A stretch of DNA of 64,000 nt from Pseudomonas aeruginosa PAO1 (GTDB taxonomy: Bacteria; Pseudomonadota; Gammaproteobacteria; Pseudomonadales; Pseudomonadaceae): NCBI RefSeq assembly GCF_000006765.1, contig NC_002516.2; one strand, 5' to 3'. Under the pieces are notes generated by a model that was not told the origin of the DNA, ran no database searches, and was given only the letters and a program-made list of their open reading frames with translations. Each line of letters begins with the position of its first letter. Position 1 is the first letter of the stretch. Below, one piece after another: positions 41,286-50,217 of the stretch. The translations under genes and the position numbers were made by a program.

Positions 41286-41828
41286 TCAGCGCAGGACCAG
41301 GCTGGCCCGGGTGCGCAGGTAGCTCTGCCGGTAGACCACGCTGTTGGCCGGACTGGCGGTATATACCAGGGAGTACATCGCGCGCTGTCCCAGGGCCATC
41401 GCCACGATCTGGGTCAGCAGCACCTCGTTGCCCTGGCTGATCCGGCAGTGGGTCTCCAGCGATGCCAGGCCGCCGAGGTTCGAGCGGATCGGTGTGGTGC
41501 AGCGCGAGCCCAGCCCGGCCTTGCGGTAGCCCGATTGGACGACATCGAAGACACTCTGGAACTGGCCGTCGATCTCCACCGACTCCTCTTCCATCATCTT
41601 CAGGCTGAGCAACTCGATGCTGGCTTCCTTCTCGCCTCCCGGCCCGAGCTTGGTCGCCAGTTGCCGGGAGCCCAGTTGCTCCACGTCGCTGGCCTCGGGT
41701 GGGATGCTCTCGGTGATCACCTGCCAGCCGGCCGGCCAGTCGACCTCGGGCTGATAGCCACTGCTGGCGCAACCCGCCACAAGCCCCGCCACTACCACCA
41801 GCGCCAAGCCGGACGCCTTGCTTCTCAT
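41286..41828 (-). CDS. Lipoprotein of unknown function
   Basis: MRSKASGLALVVVAGLVAG-C lipobox; 180 aa. Confidence 0.8.
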   Translation of the reverse strand: MRSKASGLALVVVAGLVAGCASSGYQPEVDWPAGWQVITESIPPEASDVEQLGSRQLATKLGPGGEKEASIELLSLKMMEEESVEIDGQFQSVFDVVQSGYRKAGLGSRCTTPIRSNLGGLASLETHCRISQGNEVLLTQIVAMALGQRAMYSLVYTASPANSVVYRQSYLRTRASLVLR

Positions 41829-42072
41829 AGCATTTCCTTACTCGCAAAACCCATCGGAGGGAAAGGTCGGACCTGTCGCCATAGCGCCGTCCGCGCAGTC
41901 TCCGAGCCCATGGCGACAACGTTCCCAGCTTACCGGAGAGACGGCGAGCGCCAAGGCGCAAGCCTGAACAAGCTAGCCGACTTGGCGAGGAACGCACAAA
42001 TTTCATCGGCTGGCGTACAGGTATGGGACATCGGTACCAATAGCGAAGTCGCGCAATCCGTCAGTTTTTTTT

Positions 42073-42099
42073 GAATTTTTGCCATTGGAAAAAGTCTGT
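42073..42099 (+). promoter_or_regulatory. AlgU (sigma22) promoter
   Basis: GAATTT-N16-TCTGT versus consensus GAACTT-N16/17-TCTGA; 47 bp before a small ORF. Confidence 0.6.
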
Positions 42100-42146
42100 T
42101 CAGCGCAGCGTTTTTCCAAGTCCCATCCGGCCCGCAAGGAGAACCC

Positions 42147-42377
42147 ATGGCTGAACCCCAGGACAAGTACACCCGGCGCACAGGCAGGACCTGGGCGGAC
42201 GACCAGGCGACCTACAACCGTCTGCGCGAAGAAGCCGACGCCGCTCGCCAGAAGCTGCGCGAAAGCGGCTACAGCGGCGCCGAGTACGACCAGTTGCGTC
42301 AAGCCGCCTTCGATCTCAACCGCAAGGCCAACCAGTACTGGGAGCAGATGCTCAGCGACCTGCGCCAGGAAGACTGA
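42147..42377 (+). CDS. srfA: 76-aa small helical protein, probably the AlgU-dependent stress response facilitator
   Basis: AAGGAG RBS, AlgU-like promoter; size and position between the lipoprotein and the next hypothetical gene match recalled literature. Confidence 0.68.
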   Translation: MAEPQDKYTRRTGRTWADDQATYNRLREEADAARQKLRESGYSGAEYDQLRQAAFDLNRKANQYWEQMLSDLRQED

Positions 42378-42451
42378 TCAGCGCCACGCCGGGAGACTGC
42401 CGCTCTCGGCCCGCACACCCCCTCCACTCTTTGCGTGCTCCTGGCGTCGGC

Positions 42452-42739
42452 TCATTCGGGCGCATCCGGGTATTGCACCTCGTCCAGCAGGCGAAACCCC
42501 ACGTTGTCGGCGTCCAGCGCGCTGAGCAGCTCGATCTGTCGATCAATGTCCTGGTTGATATTGGCCAACTGGCCGATGAAGGCATTGGCCGCCTGGCGGG
42601 TGCCAGGGTCGGAGCTGCGCGACAGCTCGAAGCCGAGCTGGGTCAGGGCAGCGGCCAGGTGAGCGAGATTGCGCACACTCAACGAGTGCAACTGGCGGGA
42701 AACGGCCTGTTCATCCTGAACGGTGGGAGGGACATCCAT
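42452..42739 (-). CDS. Hypothetical protein, 95 aa
   Basis: ATG start, helical composition, fills the gap between srfA and ctpH. Confidence 0.65.
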   Translation of the reverse strand: MDVPPTVQDEQAVSRQLHSLSVRNLAHLAAALTQLGFELSRSSDPGTRQAANAFIGQLANINQDIDRQIELLSALDADNVGFRLLDEVQYPDAPE

Positions 42740-42764
42740 GAGTCAGATCCTTCGACTGGCACAA

Positions 42765-42780
42765 TGTGACATTCGTCACA
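42765..42780. promoter_or_regulatory. CRP/Vfr-type site
   Basis: TGTGA-CATTCG-TCACA, perfect TGTGA-N6-TCACA core between divergent genes. Confidence 0.55.
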
Positions 42781-42907
42781 GAGATTAACCGAAGCCCCGC
42801 AGAACATCCATGCCAGCTATTTCCCTTCGTCGGCTCTGGCCCGGCCCCTGCGTCGTCCTCAAGTTGTCAGATCCGCTGTCGATACTCTGCGAGCCGGAAC
42901 ACGCGCC

Positions 42908-44614
42908 ATGCCCGCCTCGCCGGGCCACAGGGACGTCCTCGGCTGCCTCGTCGCAGCCTGCGTGCCGGTCCAACCTGGCAATCCATCGAGGCGTTCCATG
43001 CTGCAACAATCCCTACGTGCGCAAATCCTTGTCCTGCTCGGCGGCAGCCTGGCGGCGCTGCTACTCATAGCCCTGGCCTGCTTCGGCTCGCTGACCGGCG
43101 ACGTACGCGCCTACCGCGAGCTGCTCGGCGGCCCCGTGCGGGCGGCGCAACTGATCGACGAGGCCAACCTGCAATTCCGCGGCCAGGTCCAGGAATGGAA
43201 GAACGTCCTGCTGCGCGGACGCCAGACGGAGGCCCAGACGAAATACTGGAGCCAGTTCGAAGCCCAGGAGCGAGCGGTGCAGGACATCCTCGGGCGCCTG
43301 GGCAGCGTGGCCGAAGGCGAGTTGAAGGATCGTGTCGAGCGCCTGCGCGAAGAGCACCGGCGACTCGGTACGGCTTACCGACAAGGCAGGCAACGGTTCC
43401 TCGAGGCGGGCGCCGACCCCATCGCCGGCGACCAGGCGGTGACCGGCATCGACCGCGCCACCACCGCGCAGATGCAGACCCTGCGCGACGAACTGCACCA
43501 GGCCAGTGATCTCCATTCCTCCTCCATCAGCGCGGAGGCCCGGCGCACCATGCTGCTCGGCAGCCTGGTGCTGATCGGCGCCAGCCTGGCCGTCGCCCTG
43601 CTCAGCCTGTGGCTGGTCAACCGCAACCTGGTCCGTCCGGTGCAACGCCTGATCGAGCACATCGCCCAGCTCAGCCATGGCGACTTCGGCGAGCGCATCG
43701 AGATCCGGCGCAAGGACGAACTCGGCAAGCTGGCCCTGGCCGCCAACACCCTGCGCGACTTCCTGGTGGACATCTTCGACCGGCTGCGGCGCAGTACCCG
43801 CGACCTGGACAGCGCCAGCGGCTCGCTGAACGCGATCGCCAGCCTGATGGCGGCCGGTACCCGCGAGCAGTTCAGCCGCACCGACCAGGTCGCCACGGCG
43901 ATGCAGGAAATGTCCGCCACCGCCCAGGAAGTGGCGCGCTACGCCGGCGACGCGGCCAGGGCCGCCGACGAGGCGGACGATTCCGCCCAGCGCGGCGAAG
44001 ACGTGATGGAAGAAACGATTCGCAGCATCGGCGAGATGCGCAAGGAGATCGACCATACGGTGGAGGTCATCCGCCAATTGGAAAGCGATAGCGGCAGGAT
44101 CGGCAAGGTCCTCGACGTGATCCGTGGCATCGCCGAGCAGACCAACCTGCTCGCTCTCAACGCGGCCATCGAAGCCGCCCGCGCCGGCGATGCCGGCCGT
44201 GGCTTCGCGGTGGTCGCCGACGAGGTCCGCACCCTGGCGCAGCGCACCGCCGAGTCCATCGCCGAGATCCACCAGATCATCGATACCGTGCAGAACGGCG
44301 CGGTGAATGCCGCGCGCGCCATCGAAAGCGGGCAGTCGCGCAGCGAGGCCGGTGCCGAGCAGGTTGCCAACGCCGGCGCCATGCTGCGCCAGATCACCGC
44401 CTCGGTCGAATCGATCCGCGACATGAACCGCCAGATCGCTACCGCCGCCGAGGAACAGACCGCCGTGGCCGAGGAGATTTCCCGCAACCTCACGGAAATC
44501 GCCTCGATCGCCTCCAGCAACCAGGAACAGGTGGAGCAGACCGAAGCCGCCAGCCGCGATCTCCACGGCCTCTCCGCGCAACTGGGCGATGCCCTGCAAC
44601 GCCTGCGGGCCTGA
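42908..44614 (+). CDS. ctpH: Methyl-accepting chemotaxis protein for inorganic phosphate
   Basis: Two TM segments, periplasmic sensor, [24 protein letters not shown]; sequence recognised as CtpH; alternative start at 42998. Confidence 0.85.
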   Translation: MPASPGHRDVLGCLVAACVPVQPGNPSRRSMLQQSLRAQILVLLGGSLAALLLIALACFGSLTGDVRAYRELLGGPVRAAQLIDEANLQFRGQVQEWKNVLLRGRQTEAQTKYWSQFEAQERAVQDILGRLGSVAEGELKDRVERLREEHRRLGTAYRQGRQRFLEAGADPIAGDQAVTGIDRATTAQMQTLRDELHQASDLHSSSISAEARRTMLLGSLVLIGASLAVALLSLWLVNRNLVRPVQRLIEHIAQLSHGDFGERIEIRRKDELGKLALAANTLRDFLVDIFDRLRRSTRDLDSASGSLNAIASLMAAGTREQFSRTDQVATAMQEMSATAQEVARYAGDAARAADEADDSAQRGEDVMEETIRSIGEMRKEIDHTVEVIRQLESDSGRIGKVLDVIRGIAEQTNLLALNAAIEAARAGDAGRGFAVVADEVRTLAQRTAESIAEIHQIIDTVQNGAVNAARAIESGQSRSEAGAEQVANAGAMLRQITASVESIRDMNRQIATAAEEQTAVAEEISRNLTEIASIASSNQEQVEQTEAASRDLHGLSAQLGDALQRLRA

Positions 44615-44642
44615 CCTGGGGTAAGGAAACGACTTCCATGAG

Positions 44643-44723
44643 GTAAGGCGGACAACCGCAACGCGATTATCCGCCGCTCCAACGGGGGGTCATGGCGGAT
44701 AGCGTTGTGGCGCTATCCGCCAT
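44643..44723. repeat. Degenerate REP doublet
   Basis: GTAAGGCGGACAACCGC...TTATCCGCC then ATGGCGGATAGCG-TTGTGG-CGCTATCCGCCAT. Confidence 0.7.
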
Positions 44724-44740
44724 GCACAGCCAGGGTTCGA

Positions 44741-45253
44741 TCAGTCGAGGACGTTGTCCAGCACCTCGTAGATCAGCCCGGTCGCCACCGCCACCAGCAG
44801 CAGGTCGGTGCCGGCCTGCATCCACTCGTAGCCGTCGTAGTGCGGCAGCCGGCCTAGCAGGCGGCCGTCGAGTTTCTTGGCGATGCCGGGCGGCAGCGGC
44901 TTGCCGCGCGCCAGGTTCTTCTGGATGCCGGGCGGCAGGGCCGGCCCCGGGTTCCAGTAGCCGCGGTTGTCGCCGAGGATCACCCGTACCCCGCCGACGT
45001 CGATACGCGGTCCCGAGTCCCAGTTGCCGCCGCCGTTGCCCTTCTGGCCGGCGCCGCCGCCCTTGTTGCCGGGGCCGCCATGGTTGTCGTGGCCACCCTG
45101 GTTGCCTTTGTTGCCCTTGTTACCCTTTCCGCCGTCCATCTGGTTGCCATGCGGGTTGCCCTTGCCATTGCCCGGGTCGGCCAGGACGGCAGGCGTACCG
45201 CCGATCAGGGACAGGCTCACGACCAGCGCGAGCACAGAACGAGTGTTGAACAT
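44741..45253 (-). CDS. Exported Gly/Asn-rich protein, CigR/RcnB-like
   Basis: Signal peptide, GNKG repeats, LPPGIQKNLARGKPLPPGIAKK, LPHYDGYEW. Confidence 0.78.
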   Translation of the reverse strand: MFNTRSVLALVVSLSLIGGTPAVLADPGNGKGNPHGNQMDGGKGNKGNKGNQGGHDNHGGPGNKGGGAGQKGNGGGNWDSGPRIDVGGVRVILGDNRGYWNPGPALPPGIQKNLARGKPLPPGIAKKLDGRLLGRLPHYDGYEWMQAGTDLLLVAVATGLIYEVLDNVLD

Positions 45254-45609
45254 GATGATGTTCTCTCCATGCGAGGACGATCCCTCGATAGCTTAGAACC
45301 GTTTCGCTTGTTTGGTTCCATGCCGTCGATCGCGACGCAACCCAGGGAAAGCCCGAGCTGCCGGCTTGGTCGAACCTGTCGAATCAGCTATGCTGCCGCT
45401 CCCTGCAAGCGACTACCCGCTACTCCCCGATGACCTGGCTGCCCACTCCGCCATAGCCATGCCTGCCCCTTCCGGCCACGGTCCGAACGACCGTGGCCAG
45501 CGTTCGTTCGCCTGAACGCCTGTCGTCATCCCTTGTTTTTTCCAATGCCATCCCGCGGCCCGCGCTGTCGACCGACTGCACGGGCCGTGCCTCGCCCCTG
45601 GGTATCCCG

Positions 45610-47097
45610 ATGCTACAGACGCTGAAACAGAACTGGTTCTCCAACCTCCGCGGCGACCTGCTCGCCGGCCTGGTCGTCGCCCTTGCGCTGATCCCCGAGG
45701 CCATCGCCTTCTCCATCATCGCCGGGGTCGACCCGAAGATCGGCCTGTACGCCTCCTTCAGCATGGCGGTGGTGATCGCCTTCGCCGGCGGCCGTCCGGG
45801 AATGATCTCCGCCGCGACTGGCGCCATGGCGCTGCTGATGGTCAACCTGGTGAAGGACCACGGCCTGCAATACCTGCTGGCGGCGACCCTGCTCTGCGGC
45901 GTGCTGCAGATACTCGCCGGCTACCTGCGCCTGGGTTCGCTGATGCGCTTCGTCTCGCGCTCGGTGGTGACCGGTTTCGTCAATGCCCTGGCGATCCTCA
46001 TCTTCATGGCCCAGCTACCCGAACTCACCGATGTCGGCTGGCCGGTCTACGCGATGACCGCCGCGGGCCTGGCGATCGTCTACGGCTTCCCGCACCTGCC
46101 ACGGATCGGCCGGCTGCTGCCCTCTCCGCTGGTATGCATCCTGGTCCTCACCGGCATATCCATCTACCTGGGCCTGGACATCCGCACCGTCGGCGACATG
46201 GGTCAGTTGCCCGACAGCCTGCCGCTGTTCCTCTGGCCGGACGTGCCGCTGAACCTCGACACCCTGCTGATCGTCCTGCCCTACTCCGCCGCCCTGGCGG
46301 TGGTCGGCCTTCTGGAGTCGCTGATGACCGCCACCATCGTCGACGAGATGACCGACACCGGCAGCGACAAGAACCGCGAATGCAAGGGCCAGGGCCTGGC
46401 GAACATAGCCACCGGCCTGCTCGGCGGCATGGCTGGCTGCGCGATGATCGGCCAGTCGGTGATCAATGTTAAATCCGGCGGGCGCAGCCGGCTCTCGACC
46501 CTGGTGGCCGGCGTCGCGCTGCTGCTGATGGTGGTGTTCCTCAGCGACTGGGTCGGGCGGATTCCCATGGCGGCCCTGGTGGCGGTGATGATCATGGTAT
46601 CCATCGGCACCTTCCGCTGGGAGTCGATCCGCAACCTGAAGCGCTACCCGCTATCGACCAACCTGGTCATGCTGGTGACGGTCGGCGTGGTCCTCGCCAC
46701 CCACAACCTGGCCTTCGGCGTGGTCGCCGGCGTTCTCCTGGCCTCGCTGTTCTTCGCCAACAAGATCGGGCACTACCTCGATATCGACAGCGAACGCTCC
46801 GCCGACGGCACCCGCCGCCACTACCAGGTGAGCGGGCAGGTGTTCTTCGCGTCGTCCGGCAGGTTCGTCGCTGCCTTCGACCTGAAAGAGACACTGGAGC
46901 ATGTGCTCATCGACCTGCGCCACGCCCACCTGTGGGACGTCACCGCCGTCGCGGCACTGGACAAGGTGGTCCTGGGCTTTCGCCAGCGCGGCGTGCAGGT
47001 CGACGTGCTGGGCCTGAACGCCGCCAGCGCGACCCTGGTCGATCGCTTCGGCGCCTACGACAAGCCGGGCGCCGTGGACATTCTCTCCGATCACTGA
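45610..47097 (+). CDS. SulP/SLC26 anion permease with STAS domain
   Basis: Start MLQTLKQNW; ALIPEAIAFS, GRPGMIS, GGMAGCAMIGQS; C-terminal STAS; 495 aa. Confidence 0.92.
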   Translation: MLQTLKQNWFSNLRGDLLAGLVVALALIPEAIAFSIIAGVDPKIGLYASFSMAVVIAFAGGRPGMISAATGAMALLMVNLVKDHGLQYLLAATLLCGVLQILAGYLRLGSLMRFVSRSVVTGFVNALAILIFMAQLPELTDVGWPVYAMTAAGLAIVYGFPHLPRIGRLLPSPLVCILVLTGISIYLGLDIRTVGDMGQLPDSLPLFLWPDVPLNLDTLLIVLPYSAALAVVGLLESLMTATIVDEMTDTGSDKNRECKGQGLANIATGLLGGMAGCAMIGQSVINVKSGGRSRLSTLVAGVALLLMVVFLSDWVGRIPMAALVAVMIMVSIGTFRWESIRNLKRYPLSTNLVMLVTVGVVLATHNLAFGVVAGVLLASLFFANKIGHYLDIDSERSADGTRRHYQVSGQVFFASSGRFVAAFDLKETLEHVLIDLRHAHLWDVTAVAALDKVVLGFRQRGVQVDVLGLNAASATLVDRFGAYDKPGAVDILSDH

Positions 47098-47106
47098 AAC
47101 GCCCGT

Positions 47107-47934
47107 TCAGCGGCCGAGACTGGCGACGATGAATACTCGGCGGAACGGGAACAGCGTTCGTCCATCCAGTTCCCGTGGATAGTGACGGTGCAGCAGTTCC
47201 AGGTAACGGTCGAGGAAGCGCCGACGCGCCTCTTCGTCCAGTTCGCCGAGCACCGGACGCAAGGCGGAGACCTTGATCCAATCGAAGATCGGGTCGTTGC
47301 CGTCCACCACTTGCAGGTACTCGGTCTCCCAGATGTCCAGCTCCGCCGTCAGCGGCGCCAGTAGCCGGTAGTAGTTGTCCAGCGACAGCACATTGCGCCG
47401 ATGCAGCCGGTAGCGCAACGCGGGGCTGCCCAGCGATGCACCACCGGGGCCCGCACTGTCCAGCGCATCGAGCATCAGGCGATACCAGGAAGCATCGCGC
47501 CAGTTCGGCATGTGCGCCGCCAGGCAGCCTCCCGGAGTCAGTTGCCCCAGCAGGCGTGGCAGCAGCTTGCCGTGATCTTCGAGAAAGTGCAGTACCGCCG
47601 CTGCGAACAGCAGGCTGGCAGGGCGCTCGGCGCACCAGTGGCGCAGGTTGGCGCGTTCCCAACTGGCTTTGATCGGCAAGCGCGCGGCCTCCTCGAGCAT
47701 CTCCACGGAGCTGTCCACGCCGTATAGTTCGGCCAGCGGCCAGCGGCGGGCGAGCAATTCGGTGGCGATGCCGGTTCCGCAGCCAAGATCGTAGATCCGC
47801 TCCGGACAGCACGGCTCGATGTGGTCCAGCAACTCCACCACCGGCCGCTGGCGCAACCGGGCGAACTGCATGTAGGCGGAAGGGTTCCAACGCGCCTCCA
47901 GATCCGCACGATCTCGGAGAAGGTCATGCACCAT
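47107..47934 (-). CDS. Trans-aconitate 2-methyltransferase-like SAM methyltransferase
   Basis: GGAGG RBS; WNPSAY, RPVVELL, DLGCGTG, LFPFRRVFIVA. Confidence 0.85.
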   Translation of the reverse strand: MVHDLLRDRADLEARWNPSAYMQFARLRQRPVVELLDHIEPCCPERIYDLGCGTGIATELLARRWPLAELYGVDSSVEMLEEAARLPIKASWERANLRHWCAERPASLLFAAAVLHFLEDHGKLLPRLLGQLTPGGCLAAHMPNWRDASWYRLMLDALDSAGPGGASLGSPALRYRLHRRNVLSLDNYYRLLAPLTAELDIWETEYLQVVDGNDPIFDWIKVSALRPVLGELDEEARRRFLDRYLELLHRHYPRELDGRTLFPFRRVFIVASLGR

Positions 47935-48349
47935 GGGCAACCTCCTGCTCCGCGGCGAGTTGGCGCCCCAGGCTGCGCAAGCTACCCAGCACGAGCGCCA
48001 ACCCGCGCCGGGAATCGGCGTCGCGCAACAACCGCAGCAGGTCTTTCAGGCTTGGCGGCTGCTCTCGGAGCAGCTCCGCCTTGGCCACGCGTACCGCGTT
48101 GCCGACTGACCAACCGACGCTGGTGACCTGCTCGAAGAGCTGCGCCAGCCTGTCCACCATGGCCGGGTCCAGCAGATCGACGATATCCGAAAGCAGTGAC
48201 AGCAGATCCACCAGGTTGTCCAGGCGGTGGCCCTCGATCAGCGGCTGCAACTTGACGGCCAGGGCCTGGAGACTCTCGCGGGTCTGCTCGGGAAACAGGG
48301 TGGTATCGGCCTGCGCCTGCGACGCGTATGGCTGCTGATGGCTATCCAT
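47924..48349 (-). CDS. DUF1641-type helical membrane-plugin protein
   Basis: GAGGAG RBS; 141 aa; PPSLKDLLRLLRDADSRRGL resembles the DUF1641 motif. Confidence 0.72.
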   Translation of the reverse strand: MDSHQQPYASQAQADTTLFPEQTRESLQALAVKLQPLIEGHRLDNLVDLLSLLSDIVDLLDPAMVDRLAQLFEQVTSVGWSVGNAVRVAKAELLREQPPSLKDLLRLLRDADSRRGLALVLGSLRSLGRQLAAEQEVAHGA

Positions 48350-48371
48350 GTCGGCTCCTCCCCGTGCGGGG

Positions 48372-49559
48372 TCAAAGCATTCCACGGGCTACGGCCCAGT
48401 ACAGGCCGCGATTGAAACCCTGGCGCAACAACCCGCCAAGCTTGGTCGGCGGGGTCGGCTTTACGTCGTGCCGATAGTCGTACCAGAGCGGCATTCCGGC
48501 GTTCAGGCCCATCTGCGCGACAGCCTGGACTCGTCCATCGTAGATCGCGCAGGGCTTGCCGAGACGAATCTCGGCAGCGATGTTGCTGGCGACTACCGGC
48601 GCCTGGTTGTGACAGGCCCCACCGGCCTTGCTCACCGGCAGATCGACGGTATCGCCCAGGGTATACACCCGGTCGACGCCATACACCTGCAAGGTTTCAT
48701 GGTTCGTCGGCAACCAGCCTTCATCGGCGGCGGCCTGGGGCAGGCCGCACTCCCTGACCGCATCCACGGCGTGGATCGGCGGTGTCGCCATGAGCAAGTC
48801 GAACGGCTGCTCGTCGCCCTCCTCCGAATAGGCGATGCGCCGCTCCGGGTCGACCCTGGCCAGGGTAAAACCGCGCTGGAAACGGATGCCGCGTTGCTCG
48901 AACAGGCTCGGCAGGATTTCGCAGGTCGGTCGTTGCAGGAACAGACAGTTGCGCAGCAACTGGGCCGTGGTGGGATAGGTGTAGACGATCTCGACACGTT
49001 CGCGGACACCCCGGCGGCGCAAGTAGTCGTCGAGCATCAGGGTCGTCTCCACAGGCGCGATCCCGCACTGGTGGGGCACGTTCGGCGTCCTCGGGAAGCT
49101 CACCGTGATGAATACCCGCCCCGACTCCAGGCTCGCCAGCCGCTCGGCCAACCGACGGGCCGGCTGGTACTGGTAGAAATGGTCGCCAGCCTCTTTCAGC
49201 CCCTCGATACGTTCCGGAGCCGGCACGCAACCCGTGGCGATCACCAGGTAGTCGTAGCCATGGCGCCTGCCGCTGCGGGTCTGCAGTTCCTGGCGGGGGA
49301 AATCGAAACGGTCGACCCGGTCGAGCTGGAACATCACTTCCGGCCGCAGCAGCGAGCGCTGCGGTCGTTTCAGATCTTCGAGGAAGAATTGCTCGAAGGC
49401 GACGTACATGAAGGCCGGCTTGTAGTAGTGATCCGGCGAGTCGGAAATCAGCAGTACCTGCACCTCGCCGCCGAGTATCTCCGGGTAGAGCCGGACGACC
49501 AGCAGGTTGGCGAGCATGGTGCCGCCCACTCCGCCCCCGACGATGACGATTCGTTGCAT
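48372..49559 (-). CDS. Sulfide:quinone oxidoreductase/FCSD-like flavoprotein
   Basis: IVGGGVGG Rossmann, YDYLVIATG, QCGIAP, LGDTVDLPVSKAG; 395 aa. Confidence 0.82.
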   Translation of the reverse strand: MQRIVIVGGGVGGTMLANLLVVRLYPEILGGEVQVLLISDSPDHYYKPAFMYVAFEQFFLEDLKRPQRSLLRPEVMFQLDRVDRFDFPRQELQTRSGRRHGYDYLVIATGCVPAPERIEGLKEAGDHFYQYQPARRLAERLASLESGRVFITVSFPRTPNVPHQCGIAPVETTLMLDDYLRRRGVRERVEIVYTYPTTAQLLRNCLFLQRPTCEILPSLFEQRGIRFQRGFTLARVDPERRIAYSEEGDEQPFDLLMATPPIHAVDAVRECGLPQAAADEGWLPTNHETLQVYGVDRVYTLGDTVDLPVSKAGGACHNQAPVVASNIAAEIRLGKPCAIYDGRVQAVAQMGLNAGMPLWYDYRHDVKPTPPTKLGGLLRQGFNRGLYWAVARGML

Positions 49560-49695
49560 GACTTCTCCTTAACCCTGAGAAAGCCATGGGTATATCTAGA
49601 TGAACCGGGGGATTAGGCAAGCACGGCTTCGCCACGGAAACAGGACAAATCCGGAAACCTCATCCAGTTCAAGCGCTTGCCTGAGAAGACCCGCC

Positions 49696-49715
49696 GCCTA
49701 CCAGAACTGGCAGGG
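49696..49715. promoter_or_regulatory. las/rhl box
   Basis: GCCTACCAGAACTGGCAGGG (CT-N12-AG), near-identical to the hcnA/lasB boxes as recalled; about 137 bp upstream of the flavoprotein operon. Confidence 0.75.
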
Positions 49716-49751
49716 TAAAACGACGGGAATACAGCGCTGCCTCGCTGACGC

Positions 49752-49961
49752 CTAGCGCCTCGTTCGGGCGAGGGCCCGGAACGTATCGAACGCCAGCACC
49801 AGCACGAGCATCGGCATGAGCAACGGGACGAAGGCGGACATGGCGTCCTGGTAAGGCCGCCCCAGCCACCACAGGAAGAGGCTGGCGCCGCCGATCAGCA
49901 GGATGACGAGAAGGATGACGAACTTGCAGAGGCGCGAGGCGAAGGAGAGCGTGTCGGACAT
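49752..49961 (-). CDS. 69-aa two-TM small membrane protein
   Basis: MSDTLSFASRLCKFVILLVILLIGGASLFLWW...; two clear hydrophobic helices, basic C-terminus. Confidence 0.55.
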   Translation of the reverse strand: MSDTLSFASRLCKFVILLVILLIGGASLFLWWLGRPYQDAMSAFVPLLMPMLVLVLAFDTFRALARTRR

Positions 49962-50087
49962 GTCTTTTCTCGGTGGAAGCATGTGCGACCGTTTTAGCGA
50001 GCGGTGATGCTGGCCGATATAGGAAGAGTCCGTTTACCAGGTAATCGATTTCGCAGAGCTGGCGTCGGCGTCGAAGGCCGTACCGGC

Positions 50088-50101
50088 ATGACCGCGATCA
50101 A
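50088..50101 (+). promoter_or_regulatory. Anr/Fnr-like box
   Basis: ATGAC-CGCG-ATCAA versus TTGAT-N4-ATCAA; 116 bp upstream of the phosphodiesterase. Confidence 0.4.
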
Positions 50102-50217
50102 CCTCCATGCCCTTTCATCGCTGCAATCTGGGAAAAGAGCCCGCGCTCCACGAAATAAAGGCACAATGACATCATTGATTGCCGATGCCCGACATCGCAG
50201 TAGCCCAGGAGTCCAGC

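Noticed and set aside
45040-45190. Short tandem repeats (GTTGCC-type) as a CRISPR array or VNTR
   Set aside because: They are Gly/Asn/Lys codon repeats inside a CDS; no spacer-repeat architecture and no cas genes
45292-45319. AlgU-like promoter (GAACCA...TCTAA, minus strand) before the CigR-like gene
   Set aside because: Spacer is 15 nt versus the 16-17 consensus; plausible but not supportable from sequence alone
45555-45588. CGGCCCG/CGGGCCG hairpin upstream of SulP as an RNA motif
   Set aside because: A single GC-rich stem is expected by chance here and does not cover the RBS
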